Source: a virus. From it: 64,000 nucleotides of DNA. A program made the translations under genes and the position numbers. Below the pieces are notes generated by a model. That model ran no database searches. It worked only from the letters and a program-made list of their open reading frames with translations, and was not told where the DNA came from. The stretch covers positions 61,910 through 125,909 of IMG/VR virus record IMGVR_UViG_3300020442_000009; one strand, given 5' to 3'. Shown in pieces: positions 9,271 through 16,688 of this stretch (positions are counted from its first letter, which is position 1; the number at the start of each line of letters is the position of its first letter).

Positions 9271-10007
9271 GGGTTAAAATTATTTATAAATGCTTGTACG
9301 TTTTTGTTTTTATTTGTATCTGGGTGACCTGTAAAAATATTGCAATTTCTTTTTTTGCAAAGCAAAGAGAGAATACTTTGGTCTTCTCTATGAGACCTGT
9401 GTTCTTTAAATTTTGAATAAATTTCTGTAGATCCTCCACATATATTTTGTTTGATGCAGCAATTATGTAACCACTCTTTAACAAAACTTATATTCTGTTC
9501 ATTATTTTTTAGAAAAAACCAAGTTGCTTGAACTTGTTCGCTGTCAAAATACTTTTCGTGGTTGCAGTCCATTGTTACAAATAAATCTCTTTTTGTCCAT
9601 AATCGCTCAGCTCCCCACCTAGTTTCATGAAAAAGATTGCCTTGTTTTTTTACATAATCAACCAATACAGAAATATTTGTCTTTGAAAAATCATTATGAT
9701 TACAATCATAATAAAAAATAATATCATCTGGGTCAGATTGTTGTAGTGCATCAAGAACTATAAAAGGTTTCCATAACCACATGCCTGCTCCTCTTGGCAT
9801 TTTTAGAATTTCTTTATTCCTTCCATAAAAATTATTTTTTTTTAAAGATTCTTTATTGTAAGTTATTACTTCATCTATTCCGCAGTTATTTTTTGGGATA
9901 TTGTTTTTTCTTCTTTCAGCGACATTTGCGAAATGAAGCTGTCTTGGTTGATTATCCAAGTCTTCCGGGTTCGGGTTGTCAAAGTATTGAACTAATTTTA
10001 CTTTCAT
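9267..10007 (-). CDS. Putative GT-A glycosyltransferase
   Basis: GMWLWKPFI, IFYYD, WTKRD, HREDQSILSLL family motifs. Confidence 0.6.
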   Translation of the reverse strand: MKVKLVQYFDNPNPEDLDNQPRQLHFANVAERRKNNIPKNNCGIDEVITYNKESLKKNNFYGRNKEILKMPRGAGMWLWKPFIVLDALQQSDPDDIIFYYDCNHNDFSKTNISVLVDYVKKQGNLFHETRWGAERLWTKRDLFVTMDCNHEKYFDSEQVQATWFFLKNNEQNISFVKEWLHNCCIKQNICGGSTEIYSKFKEHRSHREDQSILSLLCKKRNCNIFTGHPDTNKNKNVQAFINNFNP

Positions 10008-11059
10008 AATAATTTTTTAAATTCTTCTAAATTAATTTTTATATTTTGATTCTTTCCTTTTTCTTTTCCTAGATTATCCCCCTCCCCTATAATATAATAG
10101 TAATCAAGGTCTAATATGTTACACATATTCCAATATAATGCTAAGAAATAGCTTGGATTGAATAGTTCAATCAATTTAGTATTAGGTTGGCAAAAAACTA
10201 AATTAGTAAGACCAGCCCCATGAGCCGAAACTATTTCTTTAGATGAATTAAATAAAGTTGCCTGTTCGTAAACGGAATAATCTTCTAGATATACTTTCTC
10301 ATAACCTTCTTGAGATAGAGCCCTCCATAATTCGTCTTCGTTTTCTATACATCTACCTGTCTCTGATCTACGTGAAATAAAAATTTTCTTTTCTTGTTTT
10401 TCATTTTCTTTTAAAAAATTATCACATAAAAAATCTATACTCCAAGGTGTTAGATGTATGTGTCGATTTGGCTTGCATGGAATTATTAGGCTATCAAATG
10501 TGTATGTAGTATTTTTATCTGTTTCAATTATTTTATGTACAGGAATATCCAATATTGAAAGAGTTTGATCTACAAAATTACCTCTATTTTCTGGCAATAT
10601 AATCTTATTGATTTCACTCCAATCTATTCCATACTCTTGTAGTAGTTTTATTCTTGGTAATACATGGCACATCCAATGGAAATAATTTGAGCCAGAATCT
10701 ATCGAAAGTAATGCAGATTTTGAATCAACATGTTCGTTTTTTTCTGAAGAAAAATCTGGAAAGTCGTACTTTGTGGAAACATCTTCAAAGATATAATCAT
10801 TATGAGCTATAGAAACTGAACCTACTTGGTTAAAGCAATGCACTTTGACATCATTAGCTTTTGCCACATAATACGGTTTGAGATTTTGCTCTCTGATATT
10901 AGAAATGTAGTTAACTATATCTGGATGTATTTCTATGCTTGGAGTCTTTGGGACTTTTTTAAACAAAACATTGTTTTCATTTTCAAAAAAATAATCTATA
11001 GACCAGTTTTTAGGTGAAAAACCTTTGATATATTTTTCTATAGACTGTATTTTTTTCAT
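10004..11059 (-). CDS. Glycosyltransferase family 61 (DUF563)
   Basis: NYFHWM..VLPRI, KIFISR, RCIENEDE, VSAHGAGLTNLVFC, LIELF. Confidence 0.9.
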   Translation of the reverse strand: MKKIQSIEKYIKGFSPKNWSIDYFFENENNVLFKKVPKTPSIEIHPDIVNYISNIREQNLKPYYVAKANDVKVHCFNQVGSVSIAHNDYIFEDVSTKYDFPDFSSEKNEHVDSKSALLSIDSGSNYFHWMCHVLPRIKLLQEYGIDWSEINKIILPENRGNFVDQTLSILDIPVHKIIETDKNTTYTFDSLIIPCKPNRHIHLTPWSIDFLCDNFLKENEKQEKKIFISRRSETGRCIENEDELWRALSQEGYEKVYLEDYSVYEQATLFNSSKEIVSAHGAGLTNLVFCQPNTKLIELFNPSYFLALYWNMCNILDLDYYYIIGEGDNLGKEKGKNQNIKINLEEFKKLL

Positions 11060-12801
11060 GGCTGCTGAAGAGATTTTTCGTCAAGGCTTTTTAGAATTTT
11101 TTGAAGAAAACCTTTTGGTGCTTCACTTTTTTCTAAATAAAGTTTTGATTCTATTGGATCTTTTCCATAAACACCTTCTAGTCTATGTGGGTGATCCCAT
11201 AATACAGAGTCTTCGAGAACATTAACTGCATGCCAAGGGCTTTCTTGGAAAACTTGGTATGGAGTAAAATGCTTTAACCTGCTTAAAACATCATGGTTTA
11301 CGATATCATCTTCACATTTATAACCAGTTCTTTCTGTACCATAAATTGAATACCAAAAAGGCACTCTAGCAAAAAATCTTTCCCTAAGTTTTCCAGAACA
11401 AATATCTATTTTTTTATTTTTAAATTTTAATTCTTTCTTTATGTAATGTTTAAGGCATAGCTCTGGATTCCAAACATGAGATTTTCTATAATTATTCCAT
11501 GTTAAAAGTTTTTTATTATTATGGGTTTCGTTGTACCATTTTTTTGTAAAGTAATTGTAAATATTCATTCTTTCTAGCATATGATCAGAATTTCCCATAC
11601 AAAATCTATCATATAGACCTTGTAGGTGATTGTCGTGTGCTGGAAAGTAGATAAACTTATTGTCTAAATTTAGAATGTTGTCAAGTGAATTAAAAAAATG
11701 TAAATCAGGTCTACTCCAAATAACCCAATCATAGCGTACTCCATTTTTCTTTTCTAGCTTTTCTACCATCTGGGAGCAGCTTTTCATGGATAACCACTGA
11801 TATAAATTACCTATTGCTCCATGTCTTTGTATTGACATGTTGACCGTCATTTCTTTATACTCTTCTTCTATCTCTGGATCTTTTTCAAACTTAGTATAAA
11901 AATTATCACAAAAAGGCTCAATAGTCTTTAAGGTATTTACATTGGATCTGGTTTTTGATTGAGTAGGAAAATGACCTATGAAGTCTGGCTTGCATGGTAG
12001 AGTTTTTAATACTCTGCTTATTATTGAGTAGCTAGCAACATCAAAATCTCTTAATAACGAAGAAGTACAAAAAGCTATTTTAGGTATAGAATTTTTATTT
12101 TTTGGTAATTTTAGATTAGAAATTGTAGTTCTTTTCCAAGGAGAATTTCTTTGAACAACAATAGATTTTACATACTCTAGCTGCTCAAGTTTATTATTTA
12201 AACCTTCCGTCCAGTTTGAGTGGTGAATCATAATTTCTTCTGGTACGAATATCTCGTTTAACTCTTCGTAGTTTGCTCCGGGATTCCAGATTCTATCATG
12301 TGATAACTTTAAGACACTTAGGTGGTTTTCATACCACTTTTCAGATAACAATTTTTGCATCTGATATTGCTCGCCACCTCCCGGTTCGTGCATTATTTTT
12401 TTAAGACGCTTTGATACTATGTCAAAAAAGTTATGTGTCTTTAAAGAACACCTGCAAACGAAAAAACCAGAACAAATTGGTCCTCCTTTTTTGTTTTGTT
12501 GAAAAGCTATATCATGGTCTCCCAGAGCTGATGAAAGGAATTTTTTACAGTTGCGTAAAAATTGTATATCTACATCTGCACAAACAATAATGTCTCCCAT
12601 GTTATCTTCTACAGCTTTTTTCCAATGTAAAACTTTATTGTATTGAGTTTCTCTCCAGCCATCTTTTGCATACTCAGAAGACTTGGATATTTGTTCGGGG
12701 TATTCATATGGAATCACCTCAAATTCTTGCGAAGCCGTGGGCTTAAACCAGTTTTTGTAAAAAACTGCATGAGAAGGGGTGTAGAAACAATATAATTTCA
12801 C
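11056..12801 (-). CDS. Two-domain glycosyltransferase-like protein (N-terminal nucleotide-diphospho-sugar transferase, GT77-like; C-terminal RPD-motif domain)
   Basis: ADVDIQF, ICSGFF, GEQ, HHSNW in the N-half; YDWVIWSRPDL, DRF, PE in the C-half. Confidence 0.65.
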   Translation of the reverse strand: MKLYCFYTPSHAVFYKNWFKPTASQEFEVIPYEYPEQISKSSEYAKDGWRETQYNKVLHWKKAVEDNMGDIIVCADVDIQFLRNCKKFLSSALGDHDIAFQQNKKGGPICSGFFVCRCSLKTHNFFDIVSKRLKKIMHEPGGGEQYQMQKLLSEKWYENHLSVLKLSHDRIWNPGANYEELNEIFVPEEIMIHHSNWTEGLNNKLEQLEYVKSIVVQRNSPWKRTTISNLKLPKNKNSIPKIAFCTSSLLRDFDVASYSIISRVLKTLPCKPDFIGHFPTQSKTRSNVNTLKTIEPFCDNFYTKFEKDPEIEEEYKEMTVNMSIQRHGAIGNLYQWLSMKSCSQMVEKLEKKNGVRYDWVIWSRPDLHFFNSLDNILNLDNKFIYFPAHDNHLQGLYDRFCMGNSDHMLERMNIYNYFTKKWYNETHNNKKLLTWNNYRKSHVWNPELCLKHYIKKELKFKNKKIDICSGKLRERFFARVPFWYSIYGTERTGYKCEDDIVNHDVLSRLKHFTPYQVFQESPWHAVNVLEDSVLWDHPHRLEGVYGKDPIESKLYLEKSEAPKGFLQKILKSLDEKSLQQP

Positions 12802-12840
12802 TATATAATACTATAATAAAGAGACTTATTTTCCAGATAA

Positions 12841-12857
12841 GTGTAATAATATTTGAT
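12841..12857 (+). promoter_or_regulatory. GTGTA upstream motif
   Basis: GTGTAATAATATTTGAT-ATG. Confidence 0.6.
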
Positions 12858-13040
12858 ATGGCGTCTATAATTTATCCAGCAGCACATTTTTTAGTAAAAA
12901 ACATTTATGCAGCAGTTGCTTTTTCTGTATCTAGACAGCTGTTTAAAGTGCTACACAGTTTGTTTAAAGCTGGTGCTGGATTATTAAAGATAGGCAAGGT
13001 TTATGTTTTAGGAACTCCTTCTTCGGAGTGTATATATTGA
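12858..13040 (+). CDS. Small amphipathic/hydrophobic protein (60 aa)
   Basis: ATG preceded by GTGTAATAATATTTGAT (GTGTA motif, 17 nt); fills the gap between two minus-strand genes. Confidence 0.55.
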   Translation: MASIIYPAAHFLVKNIYAAVAFSVSRQLFKVLHSLFKAGAGLLKIGKVYVLGTPSSECIY

Positions 13041-13041
13041 T
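13028..13041 (+). promoter_or_regulatory. GTGTA upstream motif
   Basis: GTGTATATATTGAT-ATG. Confidence 0.55.
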
Positions 13042-13241
13042 ATGGAAAACAAGGTTAAAGGGTTATGGTTATTGCTATTGAAAGTTACGTATCTCATAAC
13101 TTAAGTATATTAATAAGATCCTGTATTATAGCCAATTCTATTGTTCGGGGCATATTCAGGTTGTGTTTTACAGCTAAAGGTCCCTTTACTATAAGAGGAA
13201 GCACTCAAGCTTTGGAAAAAAACTATCCCTCTATATATTAG
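13042..13241 (+). pseudogene. Small membrane-protein-like ORF interrupted by a frame change near 13100
   Basis: GTGTA motif 14 nt before ATG 13042 gives MENKVKGLWLLLLKVTYLIT*; the -1 frame continues LSILIRSCIIANSIVRGIFRLCF...YPSIY* to 13241. Confidence 0.35.
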
Positions 13242-14236
13242 AACCCTTTTTCAAAGTTTTTTTGTCTAGCTTTAATTTCTTGTTTTTTTAAGGATTTGTC
13301 AATAAATTTGTTTAGTCTTCCAAGCCAATGAGTTTCGTCTTCATTAATTTCATTGAAATAATTTTTAATTAATTTTTCTAAATTTTTATTTTTTATATTA
13401 ATAAGTTTGTTTTCATAATATATATCTAATTTTGGATTGTATTCTTCGTCTTTTAGTATTTGATATCTAGATATGTATTTTTTATTTTTTGTTTGTCCGT
13501 GGGCTAAAGATTTAATTTGGCTATATAGGCATGAAACTTTTGATTGTATAACACTAGACCACTTTTCGGCCCAATCAAAATAATCCATTAGGTAACTATT
13601 AAGTTCTAGTTTTCCCAGTGGATGTTGTGTCATTAATTCAAAGAGGCTTTTATTGTTGCTTAAGGATGCTAGCCAAATAAGGCTATCTGCGCCACCTATT
13701 ATTGATTTGTCGTAAAGTTGGCATTGTTTTAAGCATGATGCTGTAGATGCCCAAGCATAGCCTGTATGGTAAAATCTGTTAATTGGTAGAATATTCCCAG
13801 AATCTTGCCAGTATCTGGCGCAACCGGGATGAAAGGTTTCATGGCCGTCAATATGTTGCTTAATTGATCTAGAAAAGAGCTGGCATAGATTGTAGTTTTG
13901 GAGTTGATATAATGCTTCCTCAACCCAAAAGCTATCTTGAAAAATTATATCTGCATCAAGCCATGCTATGTATTCATAACCTTCTTCTATTAATTGATTG
14001 ATGCCTAGGTTTAATAAATTTTCTTTATGCCAAAGTTTTGCATTGGAATGATACTTTATTGAATTAACTTCTTTTGGTAAAGTATAAATAGAATCATCAG
14101 AAACTAATTCTATTGTTAGAACTTTATCTATATATGAAGATACATGGCTATAATAATTTATAAAATTATCTAATTTAGTTTTGTAGTTGCCATGATTAAA
14201 ATAACAGCAAACTACAGCTAGATCTTTATTCTTCAA
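13238..14236 (-). CDS. GT-A nucleotide-diphospho-sugar transferase
   Basis: LWHKENLLNLG, IAWLDADI, GYAWA, IIGGAD, HG. Confidence 0.7.
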   Translation of the reverse strand: MKNKDLAVVCCYFNHGNYKTKLDNFINYYSHVSSYIDKVLTIELVSDDSIYTLPKEVNSIKYHSNAKLWHKENLLNLGINQLIEEGYEYIAWLDADIIFQDSFWVEEALYQLQNYNLCQLFSRSIKQHIDGHETFHPGCARYWQDSGNILPINRFYHTGYAWASTASCLKQCQLYDKSIIGGADSLIWLASLSNNKSLFELMTQHPLGKLELNSYLMDYFDWAEKWSSVIQSKVSCLYSQIKSLAHGQTKNKKYISRYQILKDEEYNPKLDIYYENKLINIKNKNLEKLIKNYFNEINEDETHWLGRLNKFIDKSLKKQEIKARQKNFEKGF

Positions 14237-14238
14237 AA

Positions 14239-14481
14239 CTACTTATTGTTAAATTTATTATACCAATAAGTTCCGTTTTTTCTAAGAGAATCGTTAGAAT
14301 CTCTTATGTATTCTAATATTTCATTTGCTAATGATATTTTTTTGTGAATAAACTCTTCAGTAGTTTCGTCTTTAACTTCTTCAAGAATTGACTGTAGAAA
14401 ATCTATATACGGGCAAGTTATGTTTGGTATTTCAGGAGCATTGTCCTTGATTTTTTGCCAGTTGTTAGGTCTTCTTGACAT
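14239..14481 (-). CDS. Small hypothetical phage protein
   Basis: 80 aa, tightly packed; APEIPNITCPYID...LEYIRDSNDSLR. Confidence 0.7.
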   Translation of the reverse strand: MSRRPNNWQKIKDNAPEIPNITCPYIDFLQSILEEVKDETTEEFIHKKISLANEILEYIRDSNDSLRKNGTYWYNKFNNK

Positions 14482-14482
14482 T

Positions 14483-14722
14483 TTATTTTCTGCTTTGTAC
14501 TAAGTCGTATAGTTTTATAACATCTTGACGTCTGTCTTCCAACCCTTTTTCAATTTGATGCCATCTTTGGGAATCAATAGCTTCATTTTGTGCAAGTTTA
14601 ATATTAATTTTATTAATTAAGTCTTCCATTTCTTCTAATCGTTTATTTTCTCTTTTTAAAAAATAACCAATGATTGAGATACATGCCCCAATCCCGATAA
14701 ATAAATATTCATTAATCTCCAT
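14483..14722 (-). CDS. Small protein with N-terminal TM helix and coiled coil (holin/XhlA-like architecture)
   Basis: YLFIGIGACISIIGYFLKR followed by a heptad-rich region; GTGTA motif 14 nt upstream. Confidence 0.6.
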   Translation of the reverse strand: MEINEYLFIGIGACISIIGYFLKRENKRLEEMEDLINKINIKLAQNEAIDSQRWHQIEKGLEDRRQDVIKLYDLVQSRK

Positions 14723-14736
14723 ACTTATATATACAC
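14723..14736 (-). promoter_or_regulatory. GTGTA upstream motif directly after the hsp20 terminator
   Basis: GTGTATATATAAGT-ATG. Confidence 0.7.
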
Positions 14737-14777
14737 AAAAAAGGGAGAGAGCCCGATCAAATGAAGGCTCTCTCCCT
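14737..14777 (-). terminator. Rho-independent terminator downstream of hsp20
   Basis: Minus strand AGGGAGAGAGCCT-loop-GGGCTCTCTCCC followed by TTTTTT. Confidence 0.85.
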
Positions 14778-14799
14778 GTGGGTGGGCGGGTTCGAAATA

Positions 14800-15258
14800 T
14801 TACAAAATTTTAATTTTTTGTGGTTTTTCTGGCTCTAGTTTATTAATTTTTACATTTAATAACCCATTCTCAAATTCAGCTTTAATTCCTTTTAAATCAA
14901 GTTTACCATTTAATTTAAAAGACCTTTTGAAAGAAGATCTCTTAAGTTCTCTTCTGATATACTTAATTTCATTTGTGTCAATATTTTGCCTGTTACCTAT
15001 AATAGAAAGGACGTCTCCGTCCAAATCAACAGAAACATCATCTTTAGATAGGCCCGGTATTTCTGCCTCAATAGTAATGCAATCAGGGTTATCTAGAACA
15101 TCAACTTTCGGGTAACTATTGTTACCAAAAAATTGAACACCAAATTCCTGACCAAATTCAGGGAATGCCTTTTGAATTACATTATCAAAGAAAGAATCAA
15201 AAGGTGTTAAAAATTCTTCTCTGCTTACTGGTACTGTTTTTAGACTTAACTGTGTCAT
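14800..15258 (-). CDS. hsp20: Small heat shock protein Hsp20/alpha-crystallin
   Basis: YPKVDV, EAEIPGLSKDDVSV, SFKRSFKL, AEFENGLLNV; clear SD AAGGAG. Confidence 0.95.
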   Translation of the reverse strand: MTQLSLKTVPVSREEFLTPFDSFFDNVIQKAFPEFGQEFGVQFFGNNSYPKVDVLDNPDCITIEAEIPGLSKDDVSVDLDGDVLSIIGNRQNIDTNEIKYIRRELKRSSFKRSFKLNGKLDLKGIKAEFENGLLNVKINKLEPEKPQKIKIL

Positions 15259-15336
15259 GTTTACTCCTTGGTTAGATGTTAATGAGACCTTTCGGCTCTC
15301 AGAAGACCTCTTTTGAGTATCTTCACCTATATTATA
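15259..15336 (-). promoter_or_regulatory. hsp20 -10 box and structured 5' UTR
   Basis: TATAAT at 15336-15331, two hairpins (15324-15302 and 15300-15284, the latter with a GAAA tetraloop), then AAGGAG. Confidence 0.55.
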
Positions 15337-15363
15337 GAATAAACTGCGCCAGATTCTAGAAAA

Positions 15364-16260
15364 TTATTCTTTAGAGTCTTTTTTGTCTTCCTTATCTTTT
15401 CCGCCATCTTTCCCTTCTTTATTCATTTTTTGCAAGATAGCTTTTTGGATAGGAGCTGGAAGCTTTTTTTGAGCTGGGGTTAGTCCCGCACCAGAGTATT
15501 TCATCATGGCAGCCATTTTTTTGTACTGCATGGCACAAGTTTTGGCTGTCATTTTGGTATCCATACCTTTGGTGTTAACTAATGCTTTGTCGTCCATGGC
15601 ACAAACTGCCATAAACTTTTTATATACAGCATCGTTTTTCATATAAGCTTCACTAGTTTCTGCTTTACTCATTTCTTTTTCTTCTTTCATAGATTTAGAT
15701 TCCTTTTTCTTTTTTGGGCCTTGAGCTTTTTTCCAAGATTTTGGATCTGGCCTGTCTTTGTCGCCCGGTTTTGCAGGTTTATAGTTTTTACCTTCTCTTT
15801 TTTTCTTTTCTCTGATGTTATGCCAAAGACCTTTTCTTTCAGCTTCAGACAGTTCTTGTCTTTCTCCTTCGGATTCGTCTAAGTACCAAAGCAACTCTTC
15901 TTCTCCTTCATCTCCAGACCCTTGGACTTTTGTACTTGAACGCCACTGTTTGCATGACCAATAACGAGCTTTTGTTTTTGGTCCGGGATTAGCACAGTTA
16001 TGCCTAGCCCTAAAACTTTTTCTTCTTGCAGGATCGTCGCGTTTAATCTCCATATTGGGGTCTCCAAAATTAACTTTTACAACATTTCCCTTTTCATTTT
16101 TTACATAAACGGAAAACTTTTTAGGACCTTTGGAGGTTCTAAATGGCTTGTTAAGTTTTTTACCTGTCTTCTTTTCTTCAGCCCAAGCTTCGTGAGAAAC
16201 ATCTTCTTCAGATCCAAAAGACTCGTTGATTTGATTAGTGAGATCGATATTTACTTCCAT
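15364..16260 (-). CDS. Basic modular phage protein, possibly virion-internal
   Basis: LNKPFRT..KKFSVYVK..VNFGDPNM..RRKSFRARHNC..ARYWSCKQW domain of a kind common in large phages, plus a GLWHNIREK module; GTGTA motif upstream. Confidence 0.7.
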   Translation of the reverse strand: MEVNIDLTNQINESFGSEEDVSHEAWAEEKKTGKKLNKPFRTSKGPKKFSVYVKNEKGNVVKVNFGDPNMEIKRDDPARRKSFRARHNCANPGPKTKARYWSCKQWRSSTKVQGSGDEGEEELLWYLDESEGERQELSEAERKGLWHNIREKKKREGKNYKPAKPGDKDRPDPKSWKKAQGPKKKKESKSMKEEKEMSKAETSEAYMKNDAVYKKFMAVCAMDDKALVNTKGMDTKMTAKTCAMQYKKMAAMMKYSGAGLTPAQKKLPAPIQKAILQKMNKEGKDGGKDKEDKKDSKE

Positions 16261-16277
16261 AACATATTATGTTACAC
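16261..16277 (-). promoter_or_regulatory. GTGTA upstream motif
   Basis: GTGTAACATAATATGTT-ATG. Confidence 0.6.
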
Positions 16278-16688
16278 ATTTTTTGTATAAATTTCTACGC
16301 ATTCTATTATTTTTTGATCTATTTTTTCTGTAAAAGTGTTTAAGGAATTTATTAAGTACCATCCAGACTCAGTATGTTCTTCATTTAACTTTGGTAAAAG
16401 AAGTTCGTCTACCTCTAAAATATGAAAATGAAACCTATTTCCATTTTCTACAAAAGATTTAATAAAAACAAGGTCTTCTGGGTTACATTTTATCTGAGCT
16501 TCTTCTTCTAGCTCCCTAGAGGCACATACTTTGGGTGTCTCTCCATCTTCTATGCGTCCACCAAAAATTGACCAATAACCTCCATAAGGTATGGGTTTTC
16601 CCTCCCACTCTTCAGCTCTTTTTGCTAGCAGTATATTGCCATTGAAAATAATTGCTACACCAGAAGACTCTCTATTGACAAGACTCAC
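16272..16688 (-). CDS. NUDIX hydrolase
   Basis: Nudix box GGRIEDGETPKVCASRELEEEAQI and LNEEH; overlaps the nrdA 3' end. Confidence 0.9.
   Translation of the reverse strand: MSLVNRESSGVAIIFNGNILLAKRAEEWEGKPIPYGGYWSIFGGRIEDGETPKVCASRELEEEAQIKCNPEDLVFIKSFVENGNRFHFHILEVDELLLPKLNEEHTESGWYLINSLNTFTEKIDQKIIECVEIYTKNV

Noticed and set aside
14778-14799. GGGTTCGAA resembling a tRNA T-loop
   Set aside because: No matching T-stem or cloverleaf; the adjacent inverted repeat is explained as the hsp20 terminator.
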